Numbered from the stretch's first letter, positions 20,625-31,475 are shown. The stretch: DNA of 64,000 nucleotides from Nostoc sp. (GCA_036918135.1 JBALDB010000001.1:1-64000), one strand, 5' to 3'. Notes: generated by a model not told the origin, from the letters alone. Numbers and translations: made by a program.

Positions 20625-21269
20625 TCGTGTTATCAAATTAATGTCGTTCAATTTTAAAATTAATAAAATTTAAATTCCAGCTATGTTTTAGCACTTTGGA
20701 TTCCTTAGAACAACGGCAGACAAAAAAGACTTATACTGTGTGTATATGGGGTAATCCTTGATGCCTAAGTTGGCTGGGTGCATCCTAAAGCGACAGTAAT
20801 GTGTTACCAACGATAAATATAGCGGTTCTCGACCTAGTAAAGTACAATTTTGACCTGTCTCCAAACCTCTCTCTAAAAGGAGAGAGGCTTTGAATTGTTC
20901 CCCCTTCCAGCAACAAAAGTTTTTCGCTTCCCTCTCCTTTTAACGTAAGGTAAGTCCTATGTTATCGGCATCAAAATTGCAAATTCCGTTCCCTCTTTAC
21001 GGTCGCGATCGCCTGTGCCAATTGCGTAAGTCCTGATATCAAGTAGCTATATTATTAATATTATTAATTGACTGAAAAAATTATATGCATAAAAAAGTAT
21101 AAGAGGCTGTTTGTAAATGATTATGAAGTAATTGAAGAAGACTTTGCCAGTCATTTCAACATTAAACGAATCATGACTATGTAAATCATAGATTTACTTC
21201 TGCACATATCTTGTACTACTGGTAGGTACTGTTGGATGATTTTCGTTAGCAAAAACAAGTAAAAATAGA

Positions 21270-21764
21270 ATGATGAACTTACGTGCTGCTACTTTAGCTG
21301 ACTTGGCTCTCCTGCAACACTGGGATAAACAAGCCCATGTGAATGCCTCAGACCCGAATGATGATTGGAACTGGAAGGTTGAACTCGGTCGTACCCCGGA
21401 TTGGAGGGAGCAATTGATTGCTGAGATTGAAGGTCGTCCCATCGGATTTATCCAGATTATCGATCCGGCACAGGAGGATAGTCATTATTGGGGGGATATA
21501 GCAGCAAATATTCGCGCTATTGATATCTGGATTGGGGAAGAGTCTGATTTAGGCAAAGGCTATGGAACGAAAATGATGCAGCTTGCGCTGGCTCGATGTT
21601 TCGCCGATCCGGCGGTGACGGCTGTACTCATCGATCCTTTGGTGAGCAATACTCGCGCTCACCGCTTCTATGAACGTCTTGGCTTTGAGTTTGTAGAGCG
21701 CCGACGATTTGGCGATGATGATTGCTTGGTTTATCGCCTGAACCGAGCAGATTGGTATCACTAA
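21270..21764 (+). CDS. GNAT-family N-acetyltransferase
   Basis: PIGFIQ...AIDIWIGEESDLGKGYGTKMM...IDPLVSNTRAHRFYERLGF. Confidence 0.9.
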   Translation: MMNLRAATLADLALLQHWDKQAHVNASDPNDDWNWKVELGRTPDWREQLIAEIEGRPIGFIQIIDPAQEDSHYWGDIAANIRAIDIWIGEESDLGKGYGTKMMQLALARCFADPAVTAVLIDPLVSNTRAHRFYERLGFEFVERRRFGDDDCLVYRLNRADWYH

Positions 21765-21961
21765 AGCATTGGATGTAATGAGTTATCTTTGGAGTCGCTA
21801 TAAATGCTCTAATCTTAGGGAACTCTAAAAAATAAATTATTCAATTACACTCCTTCAAAAATTATGTCTTTTTTGAGCCGCTCTGAAGATTTAAATATTT
21901 TCAGATAAGCGTAGTTAATGGTAAGTCCTTTTTCTAGATTTAATATATTTAAATACAGTCA

Positions 21962-22936
21962 TTATTCGATTGTGATATTATCGTTTCCCCGCTGATTGAT
22001 TGCTAATCGCAAAATTGATAACCCTAAAATTATCAAAAATAGTACGAGTCCAATTGTACAAGCATAGCTAATTTCCAAATTATTGAATGCTTGTTCATAC
22101 AGGTAGTAAACAATTGTTTTCGAGCTATTAAGTGGCCCTCCTTGAGTCATAATGTACACTTCTTCAAAAACTTTAGTAGCAGAAATAGCTGAAATTACAG
22201 CTACCAAAGCTAGATACGGCTTCATCAAAGGTATGGTAATGTCCCAATGTTTTCTAATACCATCAGAGCCATCAATTCCTGCGGCTTCATACACATCAGC
22301 AGGAATAGATTGTAATCCTGCTAAATAAATTACCATATAGTAGCCTAGCCCTTTCCACACAGTAACAGCCATGACACTTGCAAGAGAGATTGGTACAATG
22401 CCAAAAAGTTTAGCTGGACTAGTTAACCAAGGAATAGCTTCGGAAATAATGCCCAAAGATTTAAATAATTGGTTGAGTAATCCATTTTCTGCATACAACC
22501 ATTTCCAAGCTATCCCAGCAACTACCATTGAAATCACTACTGGTGTGTAGTATGCAGATCTAAACCAATTCATCCCCTGTAGTTTTTGATTTACTAAAAT
22601 TGCTAGCCCCAAGGGAGCAATTACCAAAATTGGTACTACACCTATAAGATATAAAAAAGTATTTTCCAAAGTTTTCCAAAAAACTGCATCTTTCCAAAGC
22701 TTGAGAAAGTTGGCAATACCTATCCATTGCGGCGCTTGGGCAATATCTTCATAGCTGGTAAAGCTAAGATAAAATGCTTGTAGTGCAGGCCAAAAGACAG
22801 TTAACCCCAAAATAACCAAGGCAGGCAATAAAAATAAATAAGGAGTTAGTCGCTGTTTGATTAATATCCAATTTTTAGGTATCAATTGATTTATCAAAGG
22901 TTTAATAGTTGTTTTTACTTTGTGAGAATTTGTCAT
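21962..22936 (-). CDS. Carbohydrate ABC transporter permease
   Basis: WKGLGYYMVIYLAGLQSIP..VYEAAGIDG; MTQGGPLNSS. Confidence 0.92.
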   Translation of the reverse strand: MTNSHKVKTTIKPLINQLIPKNWILIKQRLTPYLFLLPALVILGLTVFWPALQAFYLSFTSYEDIAQAPQWIGIANFLKLWKDAVFWKTLENTFLYLIGVVPILVIAPLGLAILVNQKLQGMNWFRSAYYTPVVISMVVAGIAWKWLYAENGLLNQLFKSLGIISEAIPWLTSPAKLFGIVPISLASVMAVTVWKGLGYYMVIYLAGLQSIPADVYEAAGIDGSDGIRKHWDITIPLMKPYLALVAVISAISATKVFEEVYIMTQGGPLNSSKTIVYYLYEQAFNNLEISYACTIGLVLFLIILGLSILRLAINQRGNDNITIE

Positions 22937-22971
22937 AACTTTTCTAATGCTAAATTTAGCAGACTATAATT

Positions 22972-23748
22972 TTAAATAGCAGAAATAGCACAAACCTGTA
23001 ATCCGACAGGTGTCTGAATAATCACTGATTCTACACCGAAAACTTGGGCGATGGCATTTGGTGTCATAACTTCTTTAGGCGTACCAACTTGCCAAATATG
23101 ACCTTGTTTTAATAATGCAATGCGAGAGCTATATCGTGCTGCTAAATTTAGTTCGTGTAAAACTGTGACAATAGTTAATTCCTGCTGCTGATTCAGTTGT
23201 TTGAGCAGTTCTAAAAGTTGCAACTGATAGTTGATATCTAGAAAAGTTGTAGGTTCATCTAATAGTAAAAGTTTTGGTTCTTGAGCTAGCGCTAAAGCTA
23301 AAAAAGCCCGCTGTCTTTCACCACCCGAAAGTTGTTCGACTAAGCGATCGCTTAATTTTTCTAATTGCGTCTTTTGAATTGCAGCCTCAACTTTTAACCA
23401 ATCTCCACTATCTAATTCCCATTTCCACCAAGGTTGATGTGGCGTGCGTCCTAAACTTACTAATTGTCGCACTGTTAAGCCAACAGGAACTATTTGTTGT
23501 TGAGGTAAGAATGCTAATTTCTGTGCAACTAAATTTGGGGGTTGAGAATGAATCGCTTTGCCATCAAGTAGCACTGTTCCTTGCTGTGGAGGAAGAATTC
23601 GACTGAGCAATTTGAGTAAGGTAGACTTACCTGAGCCATTAGCACCAACTAAACTCAACCATTCTCCTGTTTGCAGGCTGAGGTTAATGTCTTTGACAAT
23701 TGGTAGTGTTGTATAACCGCCTGTGAGGTTTTGCAGTTCGAGTGGCAT
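22972..23748 (-). CDS. Iron-siderophore/cobalamin-type ABC transporter ATPase
   Basis: GANGSGKST, LSGGERQR, LLLDEPTTFLD, LHELNLAARY. Confidence 0.92.
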   Translation of the reverse strand: MPLELQNLTGGYTTLPIVKDINLSLQTGEWLSLVGANGSGKSTLLKLLSRILPPQQGTVLLDGKAIHSQPPNLVAQKLAFLPQQQIVPVGLTVRQLVSLGRTPHQPWWKWELDSGDWLKVEAAIQKTQLEKLSDRLVEQLSGGERQRAFLALALAQEPKLLLLDEPTTFLDINYQLQLLELLKQLNQQQELTIVTVLHELNLAARYSSRIALLKQGHIWQVGTPKEVMTPNAIAQVFGVESVIIQTPVGLQVCAISAI

Positions 23749-23921
23749 TTGCTGAAATTCAAAAATCAAAGGTATAGTAAACACCATTTTTACAGAAGCG
23801 AGCGTTTCTTATAAGAAAACTTTTTACTTTTTCCAAAAGTGTTAGCGTTATATAGACGCATGGGCACACTATGAATATCAACAGTACTCTAATTTAGTAA
23901 GTTCGGCGCAGGATATAGTAT

Positions 23922-24176
23922 ATGAGCCAGTCCGACATTCGCAATATCATTATTCAGTGTGCTAGTAAGTGTGTAACTAAAAATGGCTGGTTCTATTTAG
24001 CAGACTTTGGTAGTGTCCTTCGTGGATTAGGATTTGACTTGAAATCAACAAGGTACTTGAAGCTTTCTCATTTCTTGAGTGAGTACACTGATTTAGTGGA
24101 ATTGAAACAGGATGAGTCATCTGAGGTTCCCGTCAATCTTGGAAGATTAATTGAAAAAACATCACAAGTTAAGTAA
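23922..24176 (+). CDS. Small OST-HTH/LOTUS-domain protein (possibly a truncated gene)
   Basis: GWFYLADFGSVL...FDLKSTRYLKLSHFLSEYTDLVEL fits the LOTUS pattern. Confidence 0.6.
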   Translation: MSQSDIRNIIIQCASKCVTKNGWFYLADFGSVLRGLGFDLKSTRYLKLSHFLSEYTDLVELKQDESSEVPVNLGRLIEKTSQVK

Positions 24177-24295
24177 AATGGAGCAGTGGCTAAATCAGTT
24201 CTACCGGTTAAACCCAGATTGGTTAATTGCACAAAATATTGTTCAAGATGAAACAGAAGATGAATAGAAAGTAATTGTAAGTAAAAATGCATAAC

Positions 24296-24811
24296 TTACT
24301 TACCTTCTTCCCATTCTTGACCGCCAGGTAAATCCTTCAACATCTCATCAATAGCAGTAGGCAATAACTTTTGAGTATTCGTATAAGTTAAATTTAAAAA
24401 ATCTTTTACTATAGAAACAATTAGCGATCTATCTATTATTGCTGATAGTCGTTTAGGTGTATACAAACCATTCATTATTTCAGCAGATGCCGGATCGATT
24501 GCCGCATCATAAGCGATATCCAACAAATCGTCCCATTCTCCTAGCTTCACATAATAAGAAGTTTTATTATCCTGTAAATTTAAATCCTGAATTTCTAAAA
24601 TCGAACCTTTAATCGAAGCGACCCAAGAATTAGTTAATCTCTGTTCGACCTGATTTTTAATCAAATGAATAATGAGCCGGATGAGAAAACTTCTAATATT
24701 TCGTATATAACTCTTTCTACTCATCAACTCCAACTCATCAACTATTTGCAAAGCGTCCTGATAACGCCCCTCAAGAATAGACTTCCTTAAATCCCAAAGT
24801 TCTTGAGTCAT
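24296..24811 (-). CDS. DUF29-family protein
   Basis: ELELMSRK...SFLIRLIIHLIKNQVEQRLTNSWVASI. Confidence 0.85.
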   Translation of the reverse strand: MTQELWDLRKSILEGRYQDALQIVDELELMSRKSYIRNIRSFLIRLIIHLIKNQVEQRLTNSWVASIKGSILEIQDLNLQDNKTSYYVKLGEWDDLLDIAYDAAIDPASAEIMNGLYTPKRLSAIIDRSLIVSIVKDFLNLTYTNTQKLLPTAIDEMLKDLPGGQEWEEGK

Positions 24812-24847
24812 AGCAATTTATCCAAATACTAAATACAGGATAAACTA

Positions 24848-24888
24848 AAACCCCCAAGCTTTGCTTTGTAGTGAGCAAGGGGGTTTAA
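24848..24888 (-). terminator. Hairpin terminator downstream of 5S
   Basis: AAACCCCC...TTGCT...AGCAAGGGGGTTT inverted repeat. Confidence 0.6.
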
Positions 24889-24901
24889 ATTAGAGCATAA
24901 A

Positions 24902-25019
24902 ACCTGGCATCGAGCTATTTTAGCGTAGGGCAACCCCTAAACTATCGTTGCCGCAGCAGCGTTTCACCTTTGAGTTCGGGAAGGGTTTAGCGTGGTTCCA
25001 CGGCGCAATAAACACAGGA
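24902..25019 (-). rRNA. rrf: 5S rRNA copy, apparently degenerate
   Basis: TCCTG-TGTTTATTGCGCCGTGGAACCAC...CCCGAACTC...GTGAAAC...AAAATAGCTCGATGCCAGG. Helix I lacks a G, and other pairs are broken. Confidence 0.9.
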
Positions 25020-25140
25020 AAGACCAAAGGTAAGTCAAAAGTCAAAAGTGAAGAAATAAGTTTGAAATTTTGAGATTTGAATTTTGACTTGACACAAACT
25101 CTGAAGACTGCAACGAATGCGAAGTTTGTTGCCGATTATA

Positions 25141-25191
25141 GAGGTCAAGCCCTCGGTCTGTTAGCACGGCTCAGCTACATACATTACTGCA
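25141..25191 (-). pseudogene. rrl: 3'-terminal ~50 nt of 23S rRNA only
   Basis: TGCAGTAATGTATGTAGCTGAGCCGTGCTAACAGACCGAGGGCTTGACCTC; homology stops abruptly at 25191. Confidence 0.85.
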
Positions 25192-25433
25192 TGGCGTTGT
25201 TGCGTGAATAGGGAAAAATGGTAAATTTTACTTATCCCCATTCCACACTTACTTTGACTGTAAGGAAATCTCGCAGTGTGGGTGCAGCAGTTAAGAGAAT
25301 GTTTTAAAAGTCACAGAGAACTAAAAATTATGCAAGCCGCTTGAGTCTTCTAAAAGTGCGAAGTTACAATTAATCAAAAATATGGTTCATTGGAAAAACT
25401 TGTCTCTTTAGGTCGTTGATTAAAAGCAAATTA

Positions 25434-25763
25434 TTAGTTTTCGCTACTTTTTGGTTTGTTCAATTGTTGCACTAATAATTGTAGTGTCAAAGCCAACAAA
25501 CCAATTGCTACTATACCAAATATGCCGCTTCCTAAAGCAACTACACCGACAACCAAGGTACGAACAGCAGAGGCAATTTTTATTACCAATGGATTAATTG
25601 AATGAATAGGTTTGGTAGCAAAATTTGTGGCGATCGCAATCATCAGCGAATACATTGCAAATGCCATTCCTGCAGAAATTACAGCCCCAGTGATAGAGCG
25701 TAAAGGACTCGCTATCATCTGTACTTGAGCATCAGTTTTTGGAGTTAAATTTTGGTCACTCAT
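25434..25763 (-). CDS. DUF3082-family membrane protein
   Basis: SPLRSITGAVIS...IASAVRTLVVGVVALGSGIFG; usual neighbour of ispE in cyanobacteria. Confidence 0.8.
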   Translation of the reverse strand: MSDQNLTPKTDAQVQMIASPLRSITGAVISAGMAFAMYSLMIAIATNFATKPIHSINPLVIKIASAVRTLVVGVVALGSGIFGIVAIGLLALTLQLLVQQLNKPKSSEN

Positions 25764-25830
25764 ATAATTTTAGATTTGGGATTCGCGATGCGGTATTGAA
25801 AAGTAAAAAGTAAAAATGCAAAAGATTTTT

Positions 25831-26784
25831 TTAAACTGAGGATGTCACCTGAATACCATGTGAAATTGTCCGAGTCACAAACAATTCTAAATCTCCATCA
25901 GAAATTGCTTCTCTGATATAGAGCTTAACTTGTTCTGCCTGCTGTACAGATTCAAAAAGAGCGAATACTGTCGGCCCGGAACCAGACATCATTGTTCCTA
26001 AAACGCCTTGTTGATTTGCAAAGACTTCTCGCAGTTGCAATACTTGGGGATAGGCTGGTAATACTACTCGCTCTAAATCATTGTGCAATTTTTCGGCTAT
26101 TTCTCCTGTATCTCGCTCAAAGATTGCTTTTACTATCGCTCCTGAGTGGACTGCATTAGCACGGGCTACTAAATCGTCGGTATTTTTGATATAAGAATTA
26201 CCAAATTGCTGCCGATAGGTTTTGTATGCCCAAGCGGTGGAAACTTCTAGGCTGCGGTATTTTGCCAATACTATATATATGTTATTCAAATTCGGTAATG
26301 GAGAAAGTTGCTCACCTCTACCTGTGGCGATGGCTGTTCCACCTGATATACAAAATGGGACATCTGAACCGAGTGTAGCTCCTAATTCTTCTAATTCTGA
26401 CTGAGTTAGTCCCAATTTCCAGAGTAAATTTATCCCAATCAGCACGGCTGCGGCATTTGTCGAACCTCCGGCTAACCCAGCAGCTACAGGAATTTGCTTG
26501 TTGATACTAATGTCTACACCCCCATATCTAGCAAAGGCCTCTGGAAATTCCTTCGCCATCAGTTCTGCCGCTTTGTATGCCAGATTACTTTTATCTGTCG
26601 GTACTTGTGGGTGGTTGCAGTGAACGTGAATGGTGCGATTGCTGTTAGAACGGACATCAATCTGGTCTGCAAGAGCGATACTTTGGAGTATCATTGCTAA
26701 CTCATGATAGCCATCAGGGCGATCGCCAATGATTTCCAAATACAAATTGATTTTAGCAGGGGCAATTAAGCTATAGGAATGCAT
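25831..26784 (-). CDS. ispE: 4-diphosphocytidyl-2-C-methyl-D-erythritol kinase
   Basis: APAKINLYL...PDGYHEL; IPVAAGLAGGS; MMSGSGPTVF. Confidence 0.97.
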   Translation of the reverse strand: MHSYSLIAPAKINLYLEIIGDRPDGYHELAMILQSIALADQIDVRSNSNRTIHVHCNHPQVPTDKSNLAYKAAELMAKEFPEAFARYGGVDISINKQIPVAAGLAGGSTNAAAVLIGINLLWKLGLTQSELEELGATLGSDVPFCISGGTAIATGRGEQLSPLPNLNNIYIVLAKYRSLEVSTAWAYKTYRQQFGNSYIKNTDDLVARANAVHSGAIVKAIFERDTGEIAEKLHNDLERVVLPAYPQVLQLREVFANQQGVLGTMMSGSGPTVFALFESVQQAEQVKLYIREAISDGDLELFVTRTISHGIQVTSSV

Positions 26785-27185
26785 TTTTGGGGAGTGGGAA
26801 AGATGAGGGAGATGGGGAGATCTGACTTTTCACGTCATCTGGAAAAAGGGACAAGGTGTGGTGAATGGGGTGCAGGGGGTAGGGTGTGGGGTGTAGGGGA
26901 AAGATTAACACAATTGGATTTAGATATAAACATAGATAATTTCTTCTTCACACTCAGCCACACCCTACCCTCTATACCCTTCTTTTCCCCTACACTCAAC
27001 ATCGACGAGGGTCTTAAGACTTCCGGTGAAAAGTCAGATGGGGAGATAAGGAGGTGGGGAGAATAACTCTTTACTCCTTACTCAACAGGAGCCAGTGCGT
27101 TGGACGGGTTAAGAGGCTTGTTCGCCCTTGGCGTTCCCGAAGGGTAGCAACTGGCGTTCATCAGTCATCAGTCAACAGTCAACAG
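26785..27185. repeat. Intergenic STRR/heptamer and small dispersed repeat mosaic
   Basis: GGGGAGA, GGGTGTG/CACACCC inverted tracts, GC-rich insert at 27090-27157, TCAACAG repeats. Confidence 0.65.
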
Positions 27186-28016
27186 TTAACACTCAGCACT
27201 CACCACTCCTGACAACTCATTTGCTAGAGTTACCCACTGCTGAGGGCTGAGGTCTTCGGCTCTGGCTTGGGGATTTATTTCTAATTGTTCCAGTAATTGG
27301 GTCAGGCGATCGCGTTCTACAACAGATTGCAAATTATTTCGTAACATTTTACGCTTGGCAGCAAATCCCAGCTTTAGCAAATTTTCTAACCGTTTAGGAT
27401 CGAGTGCTGGGATCTCTATTTTTCTCGGACGCAATCGCACGACTGCTGAATCGACTTTTGGCGGTGGATGGAATGCGGCTGCTGGGACTGGGCAAATTAA
27501 TTCGCACTCAGCTAAATACTGTACGCGCACGCTCAATGCCCCAAAGGCTTTTGACCCTGGTTGAGCGTACAATCTTTCTGCTACTTCTTTTTGTACTAGC
27601 AAGACTATCAATTCAAATGGTTCGGGGTTGGGATTAGCGATCGTACCGAGTAGTTTTTCGATGATTGGGCCTGTAATATTGTAGGGGATATTGGCTACTA
27701 CTTTATTTTGCTTTTGAAAATTAGGAAATGCTACCAAGTGGGATGGTAAATCTAAGGAGAGAAAATCTCCTTGCAGCAGTAGGAAATTTTCCTTTTTACC
27801 TATTTGTTTTGCCAATAGTTTGCATAAATCGAGGTCTATTTCAACTGCAAGTAGAGATTGTACTAAAGGTAGTAAACGACGAGTGAGAATACCTGTTCCT
27901 GGGCCAATTTCCAGGATGCTATCGCCTTCTGTACACTCTGCTGCTTTAATAATTGCGTCGAGTGCTTTTTCACTTTTAAGCCAATGCTGAGCAAAGACCT
28001 TGCGCGGTCGGATCAT
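27186..28016 (-). CDS. rsmA: 16S rRNA dimethyladenosine transferase
   Basis: FAQHWL, LEIGPGTG, VANIPYNIT, FHPPPKVDS, RAEDLS. Confidence 0.97.
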   Translation of the reverse strand: MIRPRKVFAQHWLKSEKALDAIIKAAECTEGDSILEIGPGTGILTRRLLPLVQSLLAVEIDLDLCKLLAKQIGKKENFLLLQGDFLSLDLPSHLVAFPNFQKQNKVVANIPYNITGPIIEKLLGTIANPNPEPFELIVLLVQKEVAERLYAQPGSKAFGALSVRVQYLAECELICPVPAAAFHPPPKVDSAVVRLRPRKIEIPALDPKRLENLLKLGFAAKRKMLRNNLQSVVERDRLTQLLEQLEINPQARAEDLSPQQWVTLANELSGVVSAEC

Positions 28017-28217
28017 TTATATTTCTATTCTTCTTGAATACTTTTTATTATTAATTTTATATCAATTTATATGGTTAAACTTGAGTAAATTTTATATAAA
28101 CTTGCATCAAATTAGTGACCGAATTAATCAAATTAAATCGGATCGTCAGAAATTTTATTAAGTAACCTCAAAGGTTATCCTAGCTCTTTTTATTGTTCGT
28201 TTACAAATAAAAGACAT

Positions 28218-29348
28218 CTAATTACTTAATAATGCTAAACAATCTGTTTCTGCCCACCAAGCATAAATTGGTGTATCGCGGTCTGGTAAATTACCAAAAG
28301 TATTCGGTTGTAATACATTAATTCTGATACCATTTATTAATTCCACAATGTAATTAACGTGGGTGCCTAAATACATAACATTAACTAAGCGACCTTCAAA
28401 ACAGTTTGTTGGCAAATTGGGCGGATAAAGTGAAAGCTGGATTTTTTCTGGGCGTACACTGACAACCACTGGTTGCGATAATTCAGTTGGTGTATCTTCG
28501 GCACGGGCGATGATAATTGAAAGTCCTGTTTTTGTCAAAATTTCCACATTAGAAGAGTTGACCGCTAGGATTTCACCATTAAATAAATTAGTATCGCCAA
28601 TAAAATCAGCAACAAAAGATGTTTTAGGACGTTCGTAAATTTGGCTGGGAGTACCAATTTGCTCTATTTTGCCTTGATTCATCACAGCAATGCGATCGCT
28701 TAAAGAAAGTGCTTCTTCTTGGTCGTGTGTCACCATTACAAACGTCAATCTCAAGTCTTGATGTAAATTTGATAACTCAACTTGCATTTCCTTACGCAGT
28801 TTTAAATCTAACGCCCCTAAAGGTTCATCTAATAGTACAACGGCAGGACGATTGACTAAAGCCCTAGCTAAAGCAACGCGTTGCTGTTGACCACCAGAAA
28901 GTTGATTGGGAAAACGCGATCGCAAACTTTCCATTTTCACCAGTTTTAAAGCTTCTTGAACTCTAGTTTCAATTTCCGTTTTACGTAATTTTTTTAACCG
29001 CAGTCCGAAAGCGATGTTATCCCACACATTCAAGTGGTTAAATAAAGCGTAACTTTGAAATACAGTATTGACGGGTCGGCGGTAAGGGGGCACATTAGTC
29101 ATAGACTGACCCTGAATCAACACCTTGCCAGCATCGGCAATTTCAAACCCGGCAATTAAACGCAGTGTTGTTGTTTTCCCACAACCGGAGGGGCCTAAAA
29201 TACTAAAAAATTCCCCCTGTTTGACATCCAAATCTATTCCGTGTACTGCTGGTTCTTGATTAAAAAACTTGAACACATTACGCAGTTCAACGTCAAGTGG
29301 ATGAAAAGTTGCGATTCCCCTCTGATTCTGCATCGCAGTTTGAGCCAT
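28218..29348 (-). CDS. potA: Polyamine ABC transporter ATPase
   Basis: [54 protein letters not shown]-type tail. Confidence 0.93.
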   Translation of the reverse strand: MAQTAMQNQRGIATFHPLDVELRNVFKFFNQEPAVHGIDLDVKQGEFFSILGPSGCGKTTTLRLIAGFEIADAGKVLIQGQSMTNVPPYRRPVNTVFQSYALFNHLNVWDNIAFGLRLKKLRKTEIETRVQEALKLVKMESLRSRFPNQLSGGQQQRVALARALVNRPAVVLLDEPLGALDLKLRKEMQVELSNLHQDLRLTFVMVTHDQEEALSLSDRIAVMNQGKIEQIGTPSQIYERPKTSFVADFIGDTNLFNGEILAVNSSNVEILTKTGLSIIIARAEDTPTELSQPVVVSVRPEKIQLSLYPPNLPTNCFEGRLVNVMYLGTHVNYIVELINGIRINVLQPNTFGNLPDRDTPIYAWWAETDCLALLSN

Positions 29349-29546
29349 AATCCTCAGTAGAATGCCGTGATTTTACCTGATTTTGTCAATCTGTCTAGTC
29401 TTTTGGGCAGACTAAATTTGACACTTTGGTTTATTGTATCCGCCAAAAACAATTGTTCAGGAATATACTCGCCCAATTTTTTAGCACCCAGTACTGATTA
29501 TCGTAATATCTACAAATAATCTTAATCTTGAAGTACTCTTTGTCTT

Positions 29547-31400
29547 ATGACATTATTGAAACCAGCTCCATTTGGTGGCAAAAAAAATACACGCACAGTC
29601 GGACGCAGTTTCCAACCGATATTTTTAATTGTATTTACTCTATTGATGGTGACGGGAATTAGCGCTCGTTTGGCATACTTACAAATTATAGAAGGAGCGA
29701 ATCACCGCAAACGAGCAGAAGCAAATCGGATTCGGACGATCTCCAAACAACCAGAGCGGGGTAATATTTTTGACCGTCATGGCAAACTTCTAGCTAGTAC
29801 TCGCTATCCTCGCTCTGTGTATTTGTGGCCAATGGCACATACTAAACCCTCATGGTCGGTTGTAGCTCCGCGTCTATCTCAAATTCTCGACATTCCCCAA
29901 GAAGAGATGGAAAAGAAACTCGAAGAAGCTGGTGCCAACTCTTCTTCACTGATTCGGATTGCTCGTGACTTGAATGAAGCACAAATTACGGCATTGAAGG
30001 AGTATGAAAGCGAACTTAAAGATGTGGAAATTTCTACGGAAGCCGTTCGCTACTATCCGCATGGTCAGGAATTAGCACATGTACTAGGTTATACACGAGA
30101 ATTAACCCCCGAACAGTTAAAAGAAAAGAAGCAGGAAGGCTACAAATTGGGGGATGTCATCGGTCAAATGGGAGTTGAAAAGGCTTATGAGAAAATGCTG
30201 CGGGGCGAATGGGGAGGTCAACAGGTAGAAGTAGATGGTGCAGGTCGGCCGCTGCGGGTTTTGGGCGAGAAACAGGCCAAAGCTGGTAATGATTTACACT
30301 TGACTATAGATTTAGATGTGCAAAAAGTAGCAGAAAAAGCTTTAGGCGATCGCAAAGGAGCGATCGTCGCACTTGACCCGAATAATGGTGCGGTTTTAGC
30401 AATGGTATCTCACCCCACTTTTGACCCGAATATTTTCTCCAAACAAAAACTCTCCCGCAAAGATTGGGAAAGCGTCCAAGGTAAAGACCATCCCTTGGTA
30501 AATCGTGCCCTGAGCGCTTTTCCACCCGCCAGTACCTTTAAAATTATTACAACAACAGCTGGGTTGGAATCGGGTAATTTTTCTCCAGACACAGTATTAC
30601 AAACCTTTGGCTCGTTGACTGTTGGTGGAGTAACTTTTGGCGAGTGGAACCACGCCGGATTCGGCCCATTGGGATTTCCCAGAGCGATCGCGATGAGTAG
30701 CGATACTTTCTTCTATCAAGTTGGCAGAAAAGTTGGTGGCCCGACTTTAATCGAATGGAGTCGCAAATACGGGTTTGGTCAAAAAACCGGCATTGAATTT
30801 GTCAACGAAGAATCAAAAGGTTTGGTTCCAGATGAAATATGGAAGCAAAAAGTTTTGAAGACACCTTGGACTGTAGGCGACACCATCAATATGTCAATTG
30901 GTCAAGGTGCTTTGCAAGTGACACCCCTGCAATCGGCAATTATGTTTTCTGTCCCTGCTAATGGTGGGTATCGAGTTCAACCGCATTTACTCAAAGACAA
31001 CGAATCAGCAAAAAGTTGGCGAGAGTCTTTAAATATGAAGCCCCAAACCATTAAAGTTCTTCGCGAGGGACTGCGAAAGGTAGTCAGTGAGGGTACAGGT
31101 AAGCGCTTAGATGTGCCCACAATTGCCCCAGCCTCAGGAAAGAGTGGTACTGCGGAAGCCGGTGTTGGTCGCCCCAATCATACTTGGTTTGGTGCCTATG
31201 CCCCCAGTAATAAACCGGAAATTGTGGTTGTAGCATTTGGTGAAAACTCCGGCGATCATGGCGGTACTGTTTGCGGGCCAATGGTTTTACAAGTGCTGGA
31301 AGCTTATTTTCAGCATCAATATCCCAGTAAGTATCAAAAACCCCAGTCTGAAGCATCAGAAGCTAAAACTCACAATTCTGGACATAGTACTGGAGACTAG
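29547..31400 (+). CDS. mrdA: Penicillin-binding protein 2
   Basis: RGNIFDR, PASTFK (SxxK), SSD (SxD), KSGTAE. Confidence 0.93.
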   Translation: MTLLKPAPFGGKKNTRTVGRSFQPIFLIVFTLLMVTGISARLAYLQIIEGANHRKRAEANRIRTISKQPERGNIFDRHGKLLASTRYPRSVYLWPMAHTKPSWSVVAPRLSQILDIPQEEMEKKLEEAGANSSSLIRIARDLNEAQITALKEYESELKDVEISTEAVRYYPHGQELAHVLGYTRELTPEQLKEKKQEGYKLGDVIGQMGVEKAYEKMLRGEWGGQQVEVDGAGRPLRVLGEKQAKAGNDLHLTIDLDVQKVAEKALGDRKGAIVALDPNNGAVLAMVSHPTFDPNIFSKQKLSRKDWESVQGKDHPLVNRALSAFPPASTFKIITTTAGLESGNFSPDTVLQTFGSLTVGGVTFGEWNHAGFGPLGFPRAIAMSSDTFFYQVGRKVGGPTLIEWSRKYGFGQKTGIEFVNEESKGLVPDEIWKQKVLKTPWTVGDTINMSIGQGALQVTPLQSAIMFSVPANGGYRVQPHLLKDNESAKSWRESLNMKPQTIKVLREGLRKVVSEGTGKRLDVPTIAPASGKSGTAEAGVGRPNHTWFGAYAPSNKPEIVVVAFGENSGDHGGTVCGPMVLQVLEAYFQHQYPSKYQKPQSEASEAKTHNSGHSTGD

Positions 31401-31436
31401 TAGTGCTTCTTTACCAGGCGCTACCTCATCAGGCTA

Positions 31437-31475
31437 TTTTGAATACTTTAGTCTGTAGAACTTTTGTATTCAAAA
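31437..31475 (+). promoter_or_regulatory. Double C-box operator upstream of the controller gene
   Basis: TTTTGAATAC-TTTA-GTCTGTAGAAC-TTTT-GTATTCAAAA: two AC-N4-GT cores 15 bp apart, ending 17 bp before ATG 31493. Confidence 0.7.

Noticed and set aside
26779..27066. 95-aa plus-strand ORF
   Set aside because: Translation of G-rich heptamer repeats between ispE and rsmA.
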